NCBI GenBank assembly: GCA_963742735.1
Contig: CAVUMN010000004.1
Coordinates: 320,001 to 384,000, forward strand
Direction: 5' to 3'
Source: an uncultured Actinomycetes bacterium
GTDB lineage: Bacteria > Actinomycetota > UBA4738 > JBBDTT01
Length of the DNA: 64,000 nt
Positions within the stretch are counted from its first letter, which is position 1. Each line of letters opens with the position of its first letter. The translations under genes and the position numbers were made by a program. Shown here in pieces: positions 41,086 through 50,959 of this stretch. The notes below the pieces were generated by a model. It saw only the letters and a list, made by a program, of their open reading frames with translations, was not told the origin of the DNA and did not search any database.

Positions 41086-42633
41086 TCAGCCCTCGGCGCG
41101 CCCGCGGAGGCCCGCCAGCGCCCGCCGGACCGCCGCCCGCTCCGCCGGTGCGAGCCCCACCGCCACCAGGACGACCGCGTACACGACGACGCCGACCCCG
41201 GCGCTCACGCTCAGGTCCAGACCCCACGGCGCGAACCCCGAGAGCCACGCGTGCACCGCGGCCATGGCCCCGGCGCCGGCCGCGGCGGGGACGGCCAGCC
41301 GCAGGTAGTGGCGGTTGAACGGCTGCACGCCGACGAACCGCCACACCAACCACACGCGCAGCGCGTTGGAGGCCGCGAGCGTCACGGCCTGGGCGACGGC
41401 CGCGCCGATCAGCCCGTGGCCGGGGATCAGCCACAGGCACAGCAGGAGATCCACGGCGATCGAGGCCGTGTACACCAGGGCGTCCCACCCGGTCCGCCCC
41501 ACCATGACCATGACGAAGCCGACGCTGCCCACCAGCACGTTGACGGTCTGCCCGGCCAGCAGGATGAGCAGCCCGGTCTGCGCCCGGGGTGTCGAGAAGT
41601 CCCCGCCGAACAGGCGAAGGACCGGCTCGGGCATGACCAGCAGCACCAGGATCACCGGCAGGGTCAGGGCGAACGTCGAGCGCGTCAGCAGCTGGAACAG
41701 CCGCCCGAGACGCTCCTTCTCGCCCCGCGCGTACAGGTCGGCCACGAACGGGCTGAACACGAGCGCCACCGAGGTGAGGAACACCACCACCAGCAACGAG
41801 ACTCGGGACGCCGCCGCGTAGACGCCGGTCTCGACGCCGGCCTCGTCGTAGGCCTTCAGGACGAACACGTCGAGCACGAACAGCAGTTGTGCGAACAGGG
41901 CGGCCGGCGCACGGGGAGCGCCGAATCGGAGGAGGCGCACCGTCTCCCCCTGCGGGAGCGGAGCGCGACCCAACCCGTCGGTCCTGCGGCACCACGCGAA
42001 GTACGCCGCCGCGGTGGCAAAGATCCACGACCCGGAGTAGGCCGCGGCGCCGATGTCGGCCGAGCGATGCAGCCAGAACCCGGCGAGGATGAGGACGATC
42101 CACGCCAGCGGCTGCCCCGCCCAGTACACGAGCAGGGTGGGTGTCATGGTCTTCAGCCCTCGGGTACCCCCCAGGTAGACCTGGGCCAGCGCGACGAAGG
42201 GAAGGCCGATGGCGGCGGCCCGGAACGCGTCGGCGGCGATCGCCGAGCTCGTCAGCGCGTCCGCGAGCACCCAGACGCCCGCGGCCACGACCAGGCTCGC
42301 CACGCCCGCGATCGTGGCGGCTCGGTCCACGATCGCCCGCGCACGGGCGGGCTCGCCCGCTCCCGCGGCGATGGCGACCTCACGTACCGCCGCCATGTCC
42401 ATGCCGAACCGCGTGAACGCCGCCCCGACGAATGCCACCTGCGTCGCCACGTAGACCACGCCGTACCCGCGGCTTCCCAGGGCCTGGGCCAGTAGCACCT
42501 GCGACCCGAACGTCGCGAGGACGGCGATGACCAGCCCGGCGACGTTCAGCCCGGCGCCGGACAGGATCGTCAGCTCGTCGGCTCGATCAGCGGGGATGAC
42601 GGACTGCAGGACGCCGGCCAGGCGGCGTCGCAC
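41086..42633 (-). CDS. Wzx/MOP-family oligosaccharide flippase
   Basis: LAQALGSRGYG, GVYAAASR, LIPGHGLIGAAVA; about 14 TM segments. Confidence 0.85.
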   Translation of the reverse strand: MRRRLAGVLQSVIPADRADELTILSGAGLNVAGLVIAVLATFGSQVLLAQALGSRGYGVVYVATQVAFVGAAFTRFGMDMAAVREVAIAAGAGEPARARAIVDRAATIAGVASLVVAAGVWVLADALTSSAIAADAFRAAAIGLPFVALAQVYLGGTRGLKTMTPTLLVYWAGQPLAWIVLILAGFWLHRSADIGAAAYSGSWIFATAAAYFAWCRRTDGLGRAPLPQGETVRLLRFGAPRAPAALFAQLLFVLDVFVLKAYDEAGVETGVYAAASRVSLLVVVFLTSVALVFSPFVADLYARGEKERLGRLFQLLTRSTFALTLPVILVLLVMPEPVLRLFGGDFSTPRAQTGLLILLAGQTVNVLVGSVGFVMVMVGRTGWDALVYTASIAVDLLLCLWLIPGHGLIGAAVAQAVTLAASNALRVWLVWRFVGVQPFNRHYLRLAVPAAAGAGAMAAVHAWLSGFAPWGLDLSVSAGVGVVVYAVVLVAVGLAPAERAAVRRALAGLRGRAEG

Positions 42634-42638
42634 CCTCG

Positions 42639-44216
42639 TTACTCCAGGTATCCGAGGCCGCGGAGGTGCTCCTCCATCTCCGCGGCTTCCGTGTCGTCTG
42701 GGCCGCTGTCCTCGGCGGCGACGTCGGAGACCGTGGCCTCCCCGGAGCGGACGGCCGCCTCGTCGCCGACGACCGCCGATAGGACCTGCCCGTCGTGCTT
42801 GACGCTGGCCGGCGCGTCGACCGCGGCCAGAATGGTCGGCGCCAGGTCGACGAGCCCCGGCGAGTCGGCGAACGCTCCCGGGCGGACCCGAGGGCCGGCC
42901 GCGGCGATCACGCCCTCGACCCGATGGTCGCCGGCGGCCCACCCGGCGTCCTCGATGACACTCTTGGCGTGGGTCAGGCTGAACCCGGGCGCCGGCTCCA
43001 GGAGCAGGTCGGGCGCGTGCTCCAGGTGATCGCCCGAGAACACTTCCTCGCGCCTGCGGATACGGGCGATCGGCCTCTTCCCGCTCACCGGGTCGGTGAA
43101 CGCGCCCAGCCGCTCGGCCGCCTCGTCGCGGACCCGCTCGAAGTCGGCCGGGTCGACGATCCCGTTCGGCTCGCGGCCGGCCAGGTTCACGCTGACCCCC
43201 TCCCCCGTCGAGCGGATCGAGGTGTACACGCGCGTCTTCGGCCAGTTGATCGGCTGGGGCAGCGACACCTTGCCGTGCAATCCCAGAAGGTCGTACACGC
43301 GCCGGGCGATCCCCCGGAGCTTCCCGGCCTGGATCCGGCCCACCAGGGCCTGCCCGGCGGTGAACTCCAGGAACCCCATCGACTGCAGCGCCTTGTCCAT
43401 GTGCATGGCCCGGGTGCAGGCGTGGAACCCGTGGTCGCTCATGAAGACGACCAGGTCGTCCTCGCCGGCCCGGGCCACGAGGGCCCCCAGCCCATCGTCC
43501 AGGGCCCGGTACACGTCACGGATCCGCGCCGCGACCTTCGTCTTCGAGAGCTCCGCGTACTCGGGATGGTCGGGAGAGATGTGCGAGGCCAGGCAGTGCT
43601 GGATCCGGTCGGTGGCGACATAGACCATGCACGCCACCTCCCAGTCGCCCTCGTCGAGCAGCCGCTCGTTGACCCGCTGGCGTGCGTTCGTGATCTCCAG
43701 CGCCTCGTCCAGCAGCGGCATCGGCCGGTTGTGGAACGTCGTCCAGCTGATCCCGTTGATCGGCCACGGCGTCCCGTCGCGTTCGAGCTCGTCGGCCAGC
43801 GAGGCGGGATGGGTGAACGGGTGGCCCTTCGGGAGGACGCCACCGGCGATCAGCTTCCCCTCGACCTGCGGCGCGGGGAACGTGAGGGGCACGTCGGTGA
43901 ACACCACGCGGCGGCCCGCGGCCTTCAGGTCGGCAAGGAACGAGCGCTCGCGGATCGAGTGATACGTCACCGGGTACTGCTTCGTGGTCCCCGGCCGAGT
44001 CTCCAGGATGTCGAACACGCCGTGACGGCCCGGCTCGACCCCGGTGAGGAACGACGGCCAGGCCGTCCACGAATGGGTGGGAAGCGTCGAGCGGAGCACG
44101 CCCTTCGCCCCGCGGTCGATCAGGGCCTGGAGGTTCGGCAGCACGCCGGCCTCCAGCATGGGGTCGAGGATCCTCCAGTCGGCGCCGTCCCAGCCGATGA
44201 CAAGGACTCGCGACAT
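42639..44216 (-). CDS. Alkaline-phosphatase-superfamily nucleotide pyrophosphatase/phosphodiesterase
   Basis: IGWDGADW, STLPTHSWTAW, TDRIQH, MSDHGF, GDHR, HLRGLGYLE. Confidence 0.88.
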   Translation of the reverse strand: MSRVLVIGWDGADWRILDPMLEAGVLPNLQALIDRGAKGVLRSTLPTHSWTAWPSFLTGVEPGRHGVFDILETRPGTTKQYPVTYHSIRERSFLADLKAAGRRVVFTDVPLTFPAPQVEGKLIAGGVLPKGHPFTHPASLADELERDGTPWPINGISWTTFHNRPMPLLDEALEITNARQRVNERLLDEGDWEVACMVYVATDRIQHCLASHISPDHPEYAELSKTKVAARIRDVYRALDDGLGALVARAGEDDLVVFMSDHGFHACTRAMHMDKALQSMGFLEFTAGQALVGRIQAGKLRGIARRVYDLLGLHGKVSLPQPINWPKTRVYTSIRSTGEGVSVNLAGREPNGIVDPADFERVRDEAAERLGAFTDPVSGKRPIARIRRREEVFSGDHLEHAPDLLLEPAPGFSLTHAKSVIEDAGWAAGDHRVEGVIAAAGPRVRPGAFADSPGLVDLAPTILAAVDAPASVKHDGQVLSAVVGDEAAVRSGEATVSDVAAEDSGPDDTEAAEMEEHLRGLGYLE

Positions 44217-44227
44217 CGCGGGCGAGT

Positions 44228-44780
44228 CTACCGGAGCAGACCCGCCCGTCCGGCGCTCTCGGGCCTTACGGGCAGCCCGTAGGCCCAGCCGTCGCCGCCC
44301 GGGCTGTCGTGGTTGTCACCGGTCACGGTTCCGGCCAGGTTGACGGTCGTGGCGTCTATGAGCTCGATGCCGTTGTGGCCGTTGGTCAGTCCGGTGACCG
44401 TCGTCCACGTCCGACCGGACAGCGCTCCGACGCCGGTGGTGTACGAAATAGTCAGGTTCTTCGGCTCGGTGGTGGGTGTGGCCCCGGTCTCGTTCGTCTT
44501 CCACAGCCGGAGCATGTTCACGGCCGTGCTGGCGAAGTCGACGGCGATGTGGGACGGGTCATCCGTGTTGAAGGACTCCGTGGTCCAGGTGAACGTGGCC
44601 GTGCTGCCGTCGATGGCGTTCGGGGGCGTTTCGTTCGAGACGCGCTCGTTCGGAAATCCGGCCACGCGGTCAGGGTGATCTGCGAATCCACGGCCCCCGC
44701 CGGGAGGGCCTGCAGCGCGAACATCGCGATCAGCAGGGTGAGAACGAGAAGTAGAGGAAGCACGGACCGTGCGCGCGCAT
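44228..44780 (-). pseudogene. Truncated/frameshifted secreted protein with a discoidin (F5/8 type C)-like domain
   Basis: Signal peptide VLPLLLVLTLL..PAGA; after a shift near 44670, NAIDGSTATFTW..IAVDF..LRLW; ends abruptly in the promoter region of the AlkP gene. Confidence 0.5.
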
Positions 44781-44934
44781 GCGATATCCCTTCGCCGGGA
44801 GCCGGGTCTCTCTCGTGGGACCTTCTTGAAAGGACGAGATGTCGACGCGAAGGGGATACGGCCCGTCTGTACACCCGAACCTACGCGCGTCAACCGGATC
44901 GGTCGAGATGCGTACGCAGGGAACCCTCGGACGC

Positions 44935-46602
44935 TCAGACGCCGAGCATCGCGTAGCGCTCGATGAAGAAGTCGTCGGGGACGCCGACCCGCAGACCCTC
45001 GGCGAACGGGTCGACGTCGAACGCCACCACGCCGGTTCGCGTCTCCCCCGCCTCGATGGGAGAGAACATGAAGAACTCCGCCTTGGGCCCGCCGGCGATC
45101 CACAGCCCGGCCGTGGCCTGGGCGTCGGGGAGGTACAGGTTCCCTCCGGCGTCGGTCGCGAACACGAACGGCACCTTCCGCGCAGCCCCGGTGTTCGTGA
45201 TCGTCAGCTTCACCACCGCGTAGGTGCCTCGCGGGAACCGCGCCGGCAGGCCGAAGTAGGGCACGCGCACGACGTTTCGCATCCTCGCGCCATCGCTGGT
45301 CCAGACGAGGTTCCCGACCTGCACCGGCTGGCCCCGGGGGAACGACCCGATCCCCAGCGGGATCAGCGCGTTCCCGGTGCGGCGGTTGTAGAGGAGCCCC
45401 GTCGCGAAGATCTGCCACGCCTCGGTCTCCTTCTGCACGTCCGCTCGCGGGTCGACGTCGAAGTTGAACGCCCCCTTCGCGATCCGAAACGCCCACAGGT
45501 CGCCCGTGTGGTACGCCTCGTGGTCCCCGGCCGCGAACATGAAGTCGTTCGTGACCCCGTGGACCGGCCGGTCCCGGGTGTTCTCGAGCACGTCCACGAT
45601 CCGGTCGGCGTCGACCGAGCCCGCCCGCTGGGCCGCCTCCTTGTAGAGCATCAGCGTGTCGTAGACCACGGCCTGGGCGATGGGCAGCGCCGGGACCTGC
45701 GTTCCCGGGATCGCCCGGATCGTGTACCGCTCGTGATACCGGGCGAACCAGTTCGCCCGCCAGGACCCCGGCGGCGCCCAGTTGTTGATCGTCCGATGGG
45801 GCAGGACCGAGATCACCCCCTCGGCCGCCTCGCCGGCCAGCGAGACGAACTGGTCGGTCACCGCCTGCACCGGCGCCACCACCTGCACGTCCCACCCCAG
45901 GTTATGGACGGCCTTCGCGGCCTGGGCCGCCTCCCGGGCCAGCCCCCACACGAACAGCGCGTCCGCGTTCGTCTCCCGGAGCGCCGCGACCTGCGGCGTC
46001 AGGTCGGTGTCGCCCATCTGGAAGGTCTGCTCCCCGACCAGCTGGCGGCCCAGCACGTTCAGCGCGTCCTTGACCGCGCCGGAGCCCGACCGCCCAACGA
46101 AGTCGTCGGCGCGCAGCATCGCGATGCGCTGCGCCTGGCGAGGCCCGGTCAGGAAGTCGAACAGGGCCTGGCCCATGATCCGGTCGTACGGGATCAAACG
46201 GAACACGTACGGGTTCCCGAGGGCGTTCACGTCGCCCACCGGTGACAGGTCCAGGAAGTTGAGGGTCTTCGTCGTCCGGATGAGCTCGCTGTTGTTCTGG
46301 GTGGCCGTGAACGCCTCGGGCCCGATCAGCAGGTCCACCTGCTCGGTCTGGATCAGGTCCCGGACGCCCTGCTCGCCCAGGGCCGGGTCGTCGCGGAAGA
46401 CGAGCTCGACCGGCCGCCCGAGGATCCCCCCCGCCGCGTTGATGTCGTTCGCGGCGAACTCGGCCCCCTGCCGATGCCACTCCGACACGAAGTCGAACAC
46501 GGATACAATGCCCACCTTGATGGGTTGGGCCGCCTCGCCGGGTGTGGCCGGAAGCGTCGCGAGCAGCACCGCGACCGCCAACGACAAGCCGACTTTCCGC
46601 AT
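44935..46602 (-). CDS. LivK-like solute-binding protein fused to a C-terminal DUF4352-like Ig domain
   Basis: GAEFAANDINAAGGILGRPVELVFRDD, GDTDLTPQV; tail YAVVKLTITNTG..IEAGETRTGVVAFDV. Confidence 0.8.
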   Translation of the reverse strand: MRKVGLSLAVAVLLATLPATPGEAAQPIKVGIVSVFDFVSEWHRQGAEFAANDINAAGGILGRPVELVFRDDPALGEQGVRDLIQTEQVDLLIGPEAFTATQNNSELIRTTKTLNFLDLSPVGDVNALGNPYVFRLIPYDRIMGQALFDFLTGPRQAQRIAMLRADDFVGRSGSGAVKDALNVLGRQLVGEQTFQMGDTDLTPQVAALRETNADALFVWGLAREAAQAAKAVHNLGWDVQVVAPVQAVTDQFVSLAGEAAEGVISVLPHRTINNWAPPGSWRANWFARYHERYTIRAIPGTQVPALPIAQAVVYDTLMLYKEAAQRAGSVDADRIVDVLENTRDRPVHGVTNDFMFAAGDHEAYHTGDLWAFRIAKGAFNFDVDPRADVQKETEAWQIFATGLLYNRRTGNALIPLGIGSFPRGQPVQVGNLVWTSDGARMRNVVRVPYFGLPARFPRGTYAVVKLTITNTGAARKVPFVFATDAGGNLYLPDAQATAGLWIAGGPKAEFFMFSPIEAGETRTGVVAFDVDPFAEGLRVGVPDDFFIERYAMLGV

Positions 46603-46737
46603 CGGGTTCAGCCTACCCCTGGCCCCAGCCTGCGTCGGCGGCCGTCCGATTCGGCAGGGACGTCCCCCCCTGCGTCGAACATCAGCCCCACGCCCGCACG
46701 CCCCTGCGCAGCTCGCGCTCGGCAAGAGGGAGACCCG

Positions 46738-49011
46738 GTGAGGGGCCGAATCGGTCGCTCGGAGAACCTGCTCGCGGTGCTCGGCGCATTCGTCGCGATC
46801 CTGCTGGTCGCGGTGGTGCTGCCGCTGGGCGGCGACGTCCTGGCCCAGGACGCCGGCCCGACCGCCGGTCCCTCCGCCGGCCCGACCGGGGCCACGCCGG
46901 TGCCCGGCCCGTCCGCCACCCCCGCGGGCCCGACCCTGTCCACCGAGGGCTCGAGCATCACCGACACCGAGTACCTGAACGTCCCGATCGACGCCGGCGG
47001 CGAGATCACCGGACCACCAACCCTGAAGGACTGGCTCCGCGTCCGGGGCAAGGAGAGCTCGATCATCAACGTGCGGGACCCGGCCGCGTTCGAGGACGTG
47101 GACACCCTGGCCGGCTCGGCGAGCAGCCGTCCGGGCGAGGGCACTCTCGACTGGACCGTGACGCTCCCGGACGAGCTGTTCGAGGACCTCTACTACGAGG
47201 GGAAGGTCGAGGTCGCCGGCGAGGGCCTGTACCTGACCGCCGACGGCCCGAAGGCGCTTCCGGTCACGATCGACATCGCCTACTACATGGGCGCGCCCGG
47301 CTCGGAGACCCGCGTCACGGCCGACCAGTTCGCGGCCCAGCGCGGGCCGGCGAAGATCGTCTTCACCGTCGAGAACCAGACCGAGCAGATGGAGGAGCTC
47401 ACCTACAACGACATCCAGACGAAGAAGGACGTCACCGCGATCGCCCCGGTGTGGACGCCCTACGTCGTGAAGATCGGCCCGATCCTGTTCCCCGACACCC
47501 AGTTCGACCAGATCCAGACCGATGGGGTCGCCACGCGCGTCGGCAACGGCACCGAGGTCACCTGGACCCTGAACCTGGCCCCTCCGGACTTCCCGCCGAA
47601 GCAGACGGCGATCGCCCAGTTCCTGATCGCCAAGCCCGACCTCCCCGAGATCCGGATCGCGGCGCAGCCCCAGTACCCGGCGGCCAAGGCCGACGCCATC
47701 ACGTCGGAGGGCCTCCAGTTCCAGGGCGGCCGCCGCTCGTTCCTGTACGACGTGTTCGACCTGCTGCGCTCGAACCTGATCTCACTGACGGGCACCTTCG
47801 GCCTCCTGGACGACGCGTTCAGCAACCTGGCGCTGCCCCTGATCTCGCCGGACAAGGGCAACCGCGAGACCGGCACGTTCGACGACCCGAACCAGCTGTG
47901 GGCCCTGTGGACGCTCACGAAGGGGATGGAACAGCTCAACCGCGCCGTCGACGTGCTCGACTACTCACTCCAGCTGGCCCGCAACGGCCTCAAGGGCGAG
48001 ATCGGGACGCTCTCGCAGATGCGCCATCTGCTCGGGAAGTCCACCGACCCGGCCGCGGTCGGCGTGGGCACGATCACGGAGCTCCCTCCGGCGCTGCTCG
48101 AGGCCCTCAACGACGCGCTGGCCGGCGGCGACCCCGCCGCCATCCCGACCGAGGTCGAGGAGGCCGTCCTGGGGATCCTCGACCAGGTCATCGCCGGCTC
48201 GATCTGGCAGAACATCAAGGACCTTGAGTTCGTGATGGGCTGCGTCGACTGCGGCACCGACCCGAACACCGAGCTCCCCGAGGCCCCGATCTCCGTGACC
48301 CCGACCAACCCCGTGGCCGGCCTGGTGGTCAGCGTGATCCGCCTGAAGATGGGCCTGTTCGAGCAGAACCTGGCCTGTCTGCAGAAGGAGGACCACAGCA
48401 ACCAGTGCGCGACGTTCTCCGGCGTCTCGAACACCGACGAGTCCACCGCCGCGAACGACTGGCGCAAGTTCACGACGATCACCTTCCCGTTCGGCCAGGA
48501 GGAGATCGCCGACGGCCTGTATCACCTCAAGGTCGACGGTACCGACCTGGTCCAGGCGGCGCTGGGCAACAAGGACACGCCGAACTCGATCATCTGGGCG
48601 ATGCACGTCCTGACCGACGGCCTCGAGGGGCTGTCCGACTCCTTCCACAACCTGGGCTCGACCTGGCGATACCTGGCCGACTCGCTGCAGAACTTCGGAC
48701 TGTTCGGCGTCGAGACCGCCAAGAACACCCTGCAGCTCGACATCAACAACCTCGACCTGGCCAGCGCCCAGCGCAACGCGGCGGCGGCGCGCGTGAACCG
48801 CCGGCCGACGACCTTCATGGGGTCGCCCGAGGCCACGAAGCAGGTACCCGTGAACACCCAGTTCGTGCTGGTCTACTCGACCTCGCCCGATTCGGCGCCG
48901 ATCGCCGGGGCGCTCGACACCGCGCGCGGGAAGTTCCTGGTCGCCCTGGCCTTCGGGATGCTGATCCTGCTGATCCTCGCGTTCGCCCGGTTCCGGTGGT
49001 TCCTGATATGA
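46738..49011 (+). CDS. Large exported, C-terminally anchored YhgE/Pip-like protein
   Basis: Signal peptide; TEYLNVPIDAGG..DWL; LYYEG; LPVTIDIAYY..GPAKIVFTVEN; long helical region; TFMG motif; C-terminal TM. Confidence 0.7.
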   Translation: MRGRIGRSENLLAVLGAFVAILLVAVVLPLGGDVLAQDAGPTAGPSAGPTGATPVPGPSATPAGPTLSTEGSSITDTEYLNVPIDAGGEITGPPTLKDWLRVRGKESSIINVRDPAAFEDVDTLAGSASSRPGEGTLDWTVTLPDELFEDLYYEGKVEVAGEGLYLTADGPKALPVTIDIAYYMGAPGSETRVTADQFAAQRGPAKIVFTVENQTEQMEELTYNDIQTKKDVTAIAPVWTPYVVKIGPILFPDTQFDQIQTDGVATRVGNGTEVTWTLNLAPPDFPPKQTAIAQFLIAKPDLPEIRIAAQPQYPAAKADAITSEGLQFQGGRRSFLYDVFDLLRSNLISLTGTFGLLDDAFSNLALPLISPDKGNRETGTFDDPNQLWALWTLTKGMEQLNRAVDVLDYSLQLARNGLKGEIGTLSQMRHLLGKSTDPAAVGVGTITELPPALLEALNDALAGGDPAAIPTEVEEAVLGILDQVIAGSIWQNIKDLEFVMGCVDCGTDPNTELPEAPISVTPTNPVAGLVVSVIRLKMGLFEQNLACLQKEDHSNQCATFSGVSNTDESTAANDWRKFTTITFPFGQEEIADGLYHLKVDGTDLVQAALGNKDTPNSIIWAMHVLTDGLEGLSDSFHNLGSTWRYLADSLQNFGLFGVETAKNTLQLDINNLDLASAQRNAAAARVNRRPTTFMGSPEATKQVPVNTQFVLVYSTSPDSAPIAGALDTARGKFLVALAFGMLILLILAFARFRWFLI

Positions 49012-49691
49012 GGCGGCTGCGCGCGATCGCCGCCGTGCTCGTGGCGCTCCTGGCGTTCACGGCGTGCGGCACGCCGAACGCCGGCACGGGCGCGGGCGGG
49101 ACGGAGCAGTTCGGCCCCGAGGCGGAGATCCCCCAGCTCGGCGGCGCGGCACAGGGCGGCGCCGACGAGGGCACCGGCGGCAGCCTGGGCGAGGAGACGA
49201 TCGACGTCGAGGAGTCGGCCCCTCCGGGCCTGCACCTCGTAAGCGTCGTGGTCTCGCCGGTCACGGACGCCCTGCGCGAGGCCATCCACTTCACGGGGTT
49301 CCAGTCCGGCGGCACCCAGGGACTGCTCGAGCTCCCGATCTACGGGCTCAACCCCCGTCAGAAGATCTACTACCTGATCGCCTCGGTGATCAATGAAGGA
49401 GACCAGCCGGTCAGGAACCTCAAGGGCCGGGCCGACTTCTTCGACGCGCAGGGACGCCAGGTGTGGTCCGAGACGGTGGCCCTGACGCACTACCCGACCC
49501 GGCTCGCGCTGAACCCGCCGAGCCTGCCGAACACCGTCGACCCCCAGCCTCCCCTGGGGCCGGACATCAGCGGCTACCCCCTCTATTACTTCCCGACGAA
49601 CGTCGGGCTGTTCGCGTTCGCCGTGCCGGACTCCTCGATCGCCGAGGACGTGCGGTCCTGGAAGCTGACCTTCCTGGTGAGCACCTCATGA
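49008..49691 (+). CDS. Lipoprotein with an FxLYD-like Ig domain
   Basis: Lipobox FTAC; SVINEGDQPVRNLKGRADFFDAQGRQV; ATGA coupling. Confidence 0.7.
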   Translation: MRRLRAIAAVLVALLAFTACGTPNAGTGAGGTEQFGPEAEIPQLGGAAQGGADEGTGGSLGEETIDVEESAPPGLHLVSVVVSPVTDALREAIHFTGFQSGGTQGLLELPIYGLNPRQKIYYLIASVINEGDQPVRNLKGRADFFDAQGRQVWSETVALTHYPTRLALNPPSLPNTVDPQPPLGPDISGYPLYYFPTNVGLFAFAVPDSSIAEDVRSWKLTFLVSTS

Positions 49692-50959
49692 GGCGTACGG
49701 CCGTGACCCTCGCCGCGTTCGCGCTCCTCGGGGCGGCCTGCAGCAGCTCGAACGACACCGCGCAGCAGCCGCAGGTCGGCCCCAGCGGTTCGGGGACGCC
49801 GGCGCCGGACATCGTCGTCGGCCTGCTGTACACGGTCGGCGGCCAGGGCGGGGAGTTCGCCCAGGCCGCCCTGGGCGTCGCCGACCTGGTGGTGGCCGAC
49901 GCGAAGGACGACGGGGTCGACCTCGGGGTGGAGACCGCCGACTACGAGGGCGAGCCGAAGAAGGCCCTCTCCGCGGCACGGGACCTGGTGGAGCGGGGGG
50001 TGGCCGGCATCGTGGTCGCCACGGACGACCCGGAGGTGGCCGCCGCGCTCGAGGGCTTCGACGAGGTCCCGCTGCTGTACGCCATGATCTCCGCCGACGA
50101 CGCGGTCTCGCCCGAATCCTTCTCGTTCCGTCTGACGCCCTCGAACCAGCTGCAGGCCGAGAAGCTGGCCCAGTACCTGGTCGAGCGGCGGGGCTACGAG
50201 CGGATCGCGATCCTGCACGATTCGTCCGCGTTCGGAGTGGAGGGCGGGGACGACCTGGAGACCGAGCTCTCCCTGGCCGGCGCCGACGTCGTGATGAAGG
50301 AACAGTTCAGGAGCGGCGGCGACGTGCACACGCCCGTCAGCTACGCGGGCCAGCTCGATGCCCAGGCCCTGGTCGTGTGGACGCAGAGCGCGCCCGAGGC
50401 GGGCCGCATCACGATCGACGTCCACAAGACCACCATGCCCTACCAGCTGGTGCTCTCCGGCAACCTGGCCACCGGCTCGTACGGCAAGAACGCGTCCAGC
50501 CAGGTCGTCCCGGTGGCGTTCCGCGACGGGATCCTCTCGGTGGGCACGTGGGCCGGCCCGTGGTTCGACGAGCTGCCCTCGATCGGCCGGTTCTTCTCCC
50601 GGTTCAAGGCCGAGCAGAGCGCCCTGGCGCCCGTGCAGGCCATCCCGATCTACGACGGCCTGCGCCTGCTGGCCCGGGCGGCGGGCGATTCGGGCAACGA
50701 CCCGGCGTCGGTCGCCGCGGCGATCGAGTCCACGACCGACTTCCGCGGCGTCGGCGTTCCGATCTCCTTCTCGAGCTCCGACCACGACGGCATCGGCTTC
50801 GAGGACATGGCCGTCTGGGGCTTCACGCGCAACCAGCTGTCCGACGGCGGCGAGTTCTTCCCCGAGGTCGACACCGGCGGCGGGTTCTTCACGATCGTGC
50901 CGTCCTCGGTCGTGCTGCCGTCCCAGTTCTCCTACCTGCTCGTGGGGGTGAGCGACTGA
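49688..50959 (+). CDS. LivK-like solute-binding lipoprotein
   Basis: Lipobox GAAC; FRLTPSNQLQA, IAILHDSSAFG, YDGLRLLARA. Confidence 0.82.
   Translation: MRRTAVTLAAFALLGAACSSSNDTAQQPQVGPSGSGTPAPDIVVGLLYTVGGQGGEFAQAALGVADLVVADAKDDGVDLGVETADYEGEPKKALSAARDLVERGVAGIVVATDDPEVAAALEGFDEVPLLYAMISADDAVSPESFSFRLTPSNQLQAEKLAQYLVERRGYERIAILHDSSAFGVEGGDDLETELSLAGADVVMKEQFRSGGDVHTPVSYAGQLDAQALVVWTQSAPEAGRITIDVHKTTMPYQLVLSGNLATGSYGKNASSQVVPVAFRDGILSVGTWAGPWFDELPSIGRFFSRFKAEQSALAPVQAIPIYDGLRLLARAAGDSGNDPASVAAAIESTTDFRGVGVPISFSSSDHDGIGFEDMAVWGFTRNQLSDGGEFFPEVDTGGGFFTIVPSSVVLPSQFSYLLVGVSD

Noticed and set aside
46738-49011. Type VII secretion (EsaA/YueB) locus suggested by the YhgE/Pip-like protein
   Set aside because: No FtsK/EccC ATPase, WXG100 protein or mycosin in the window
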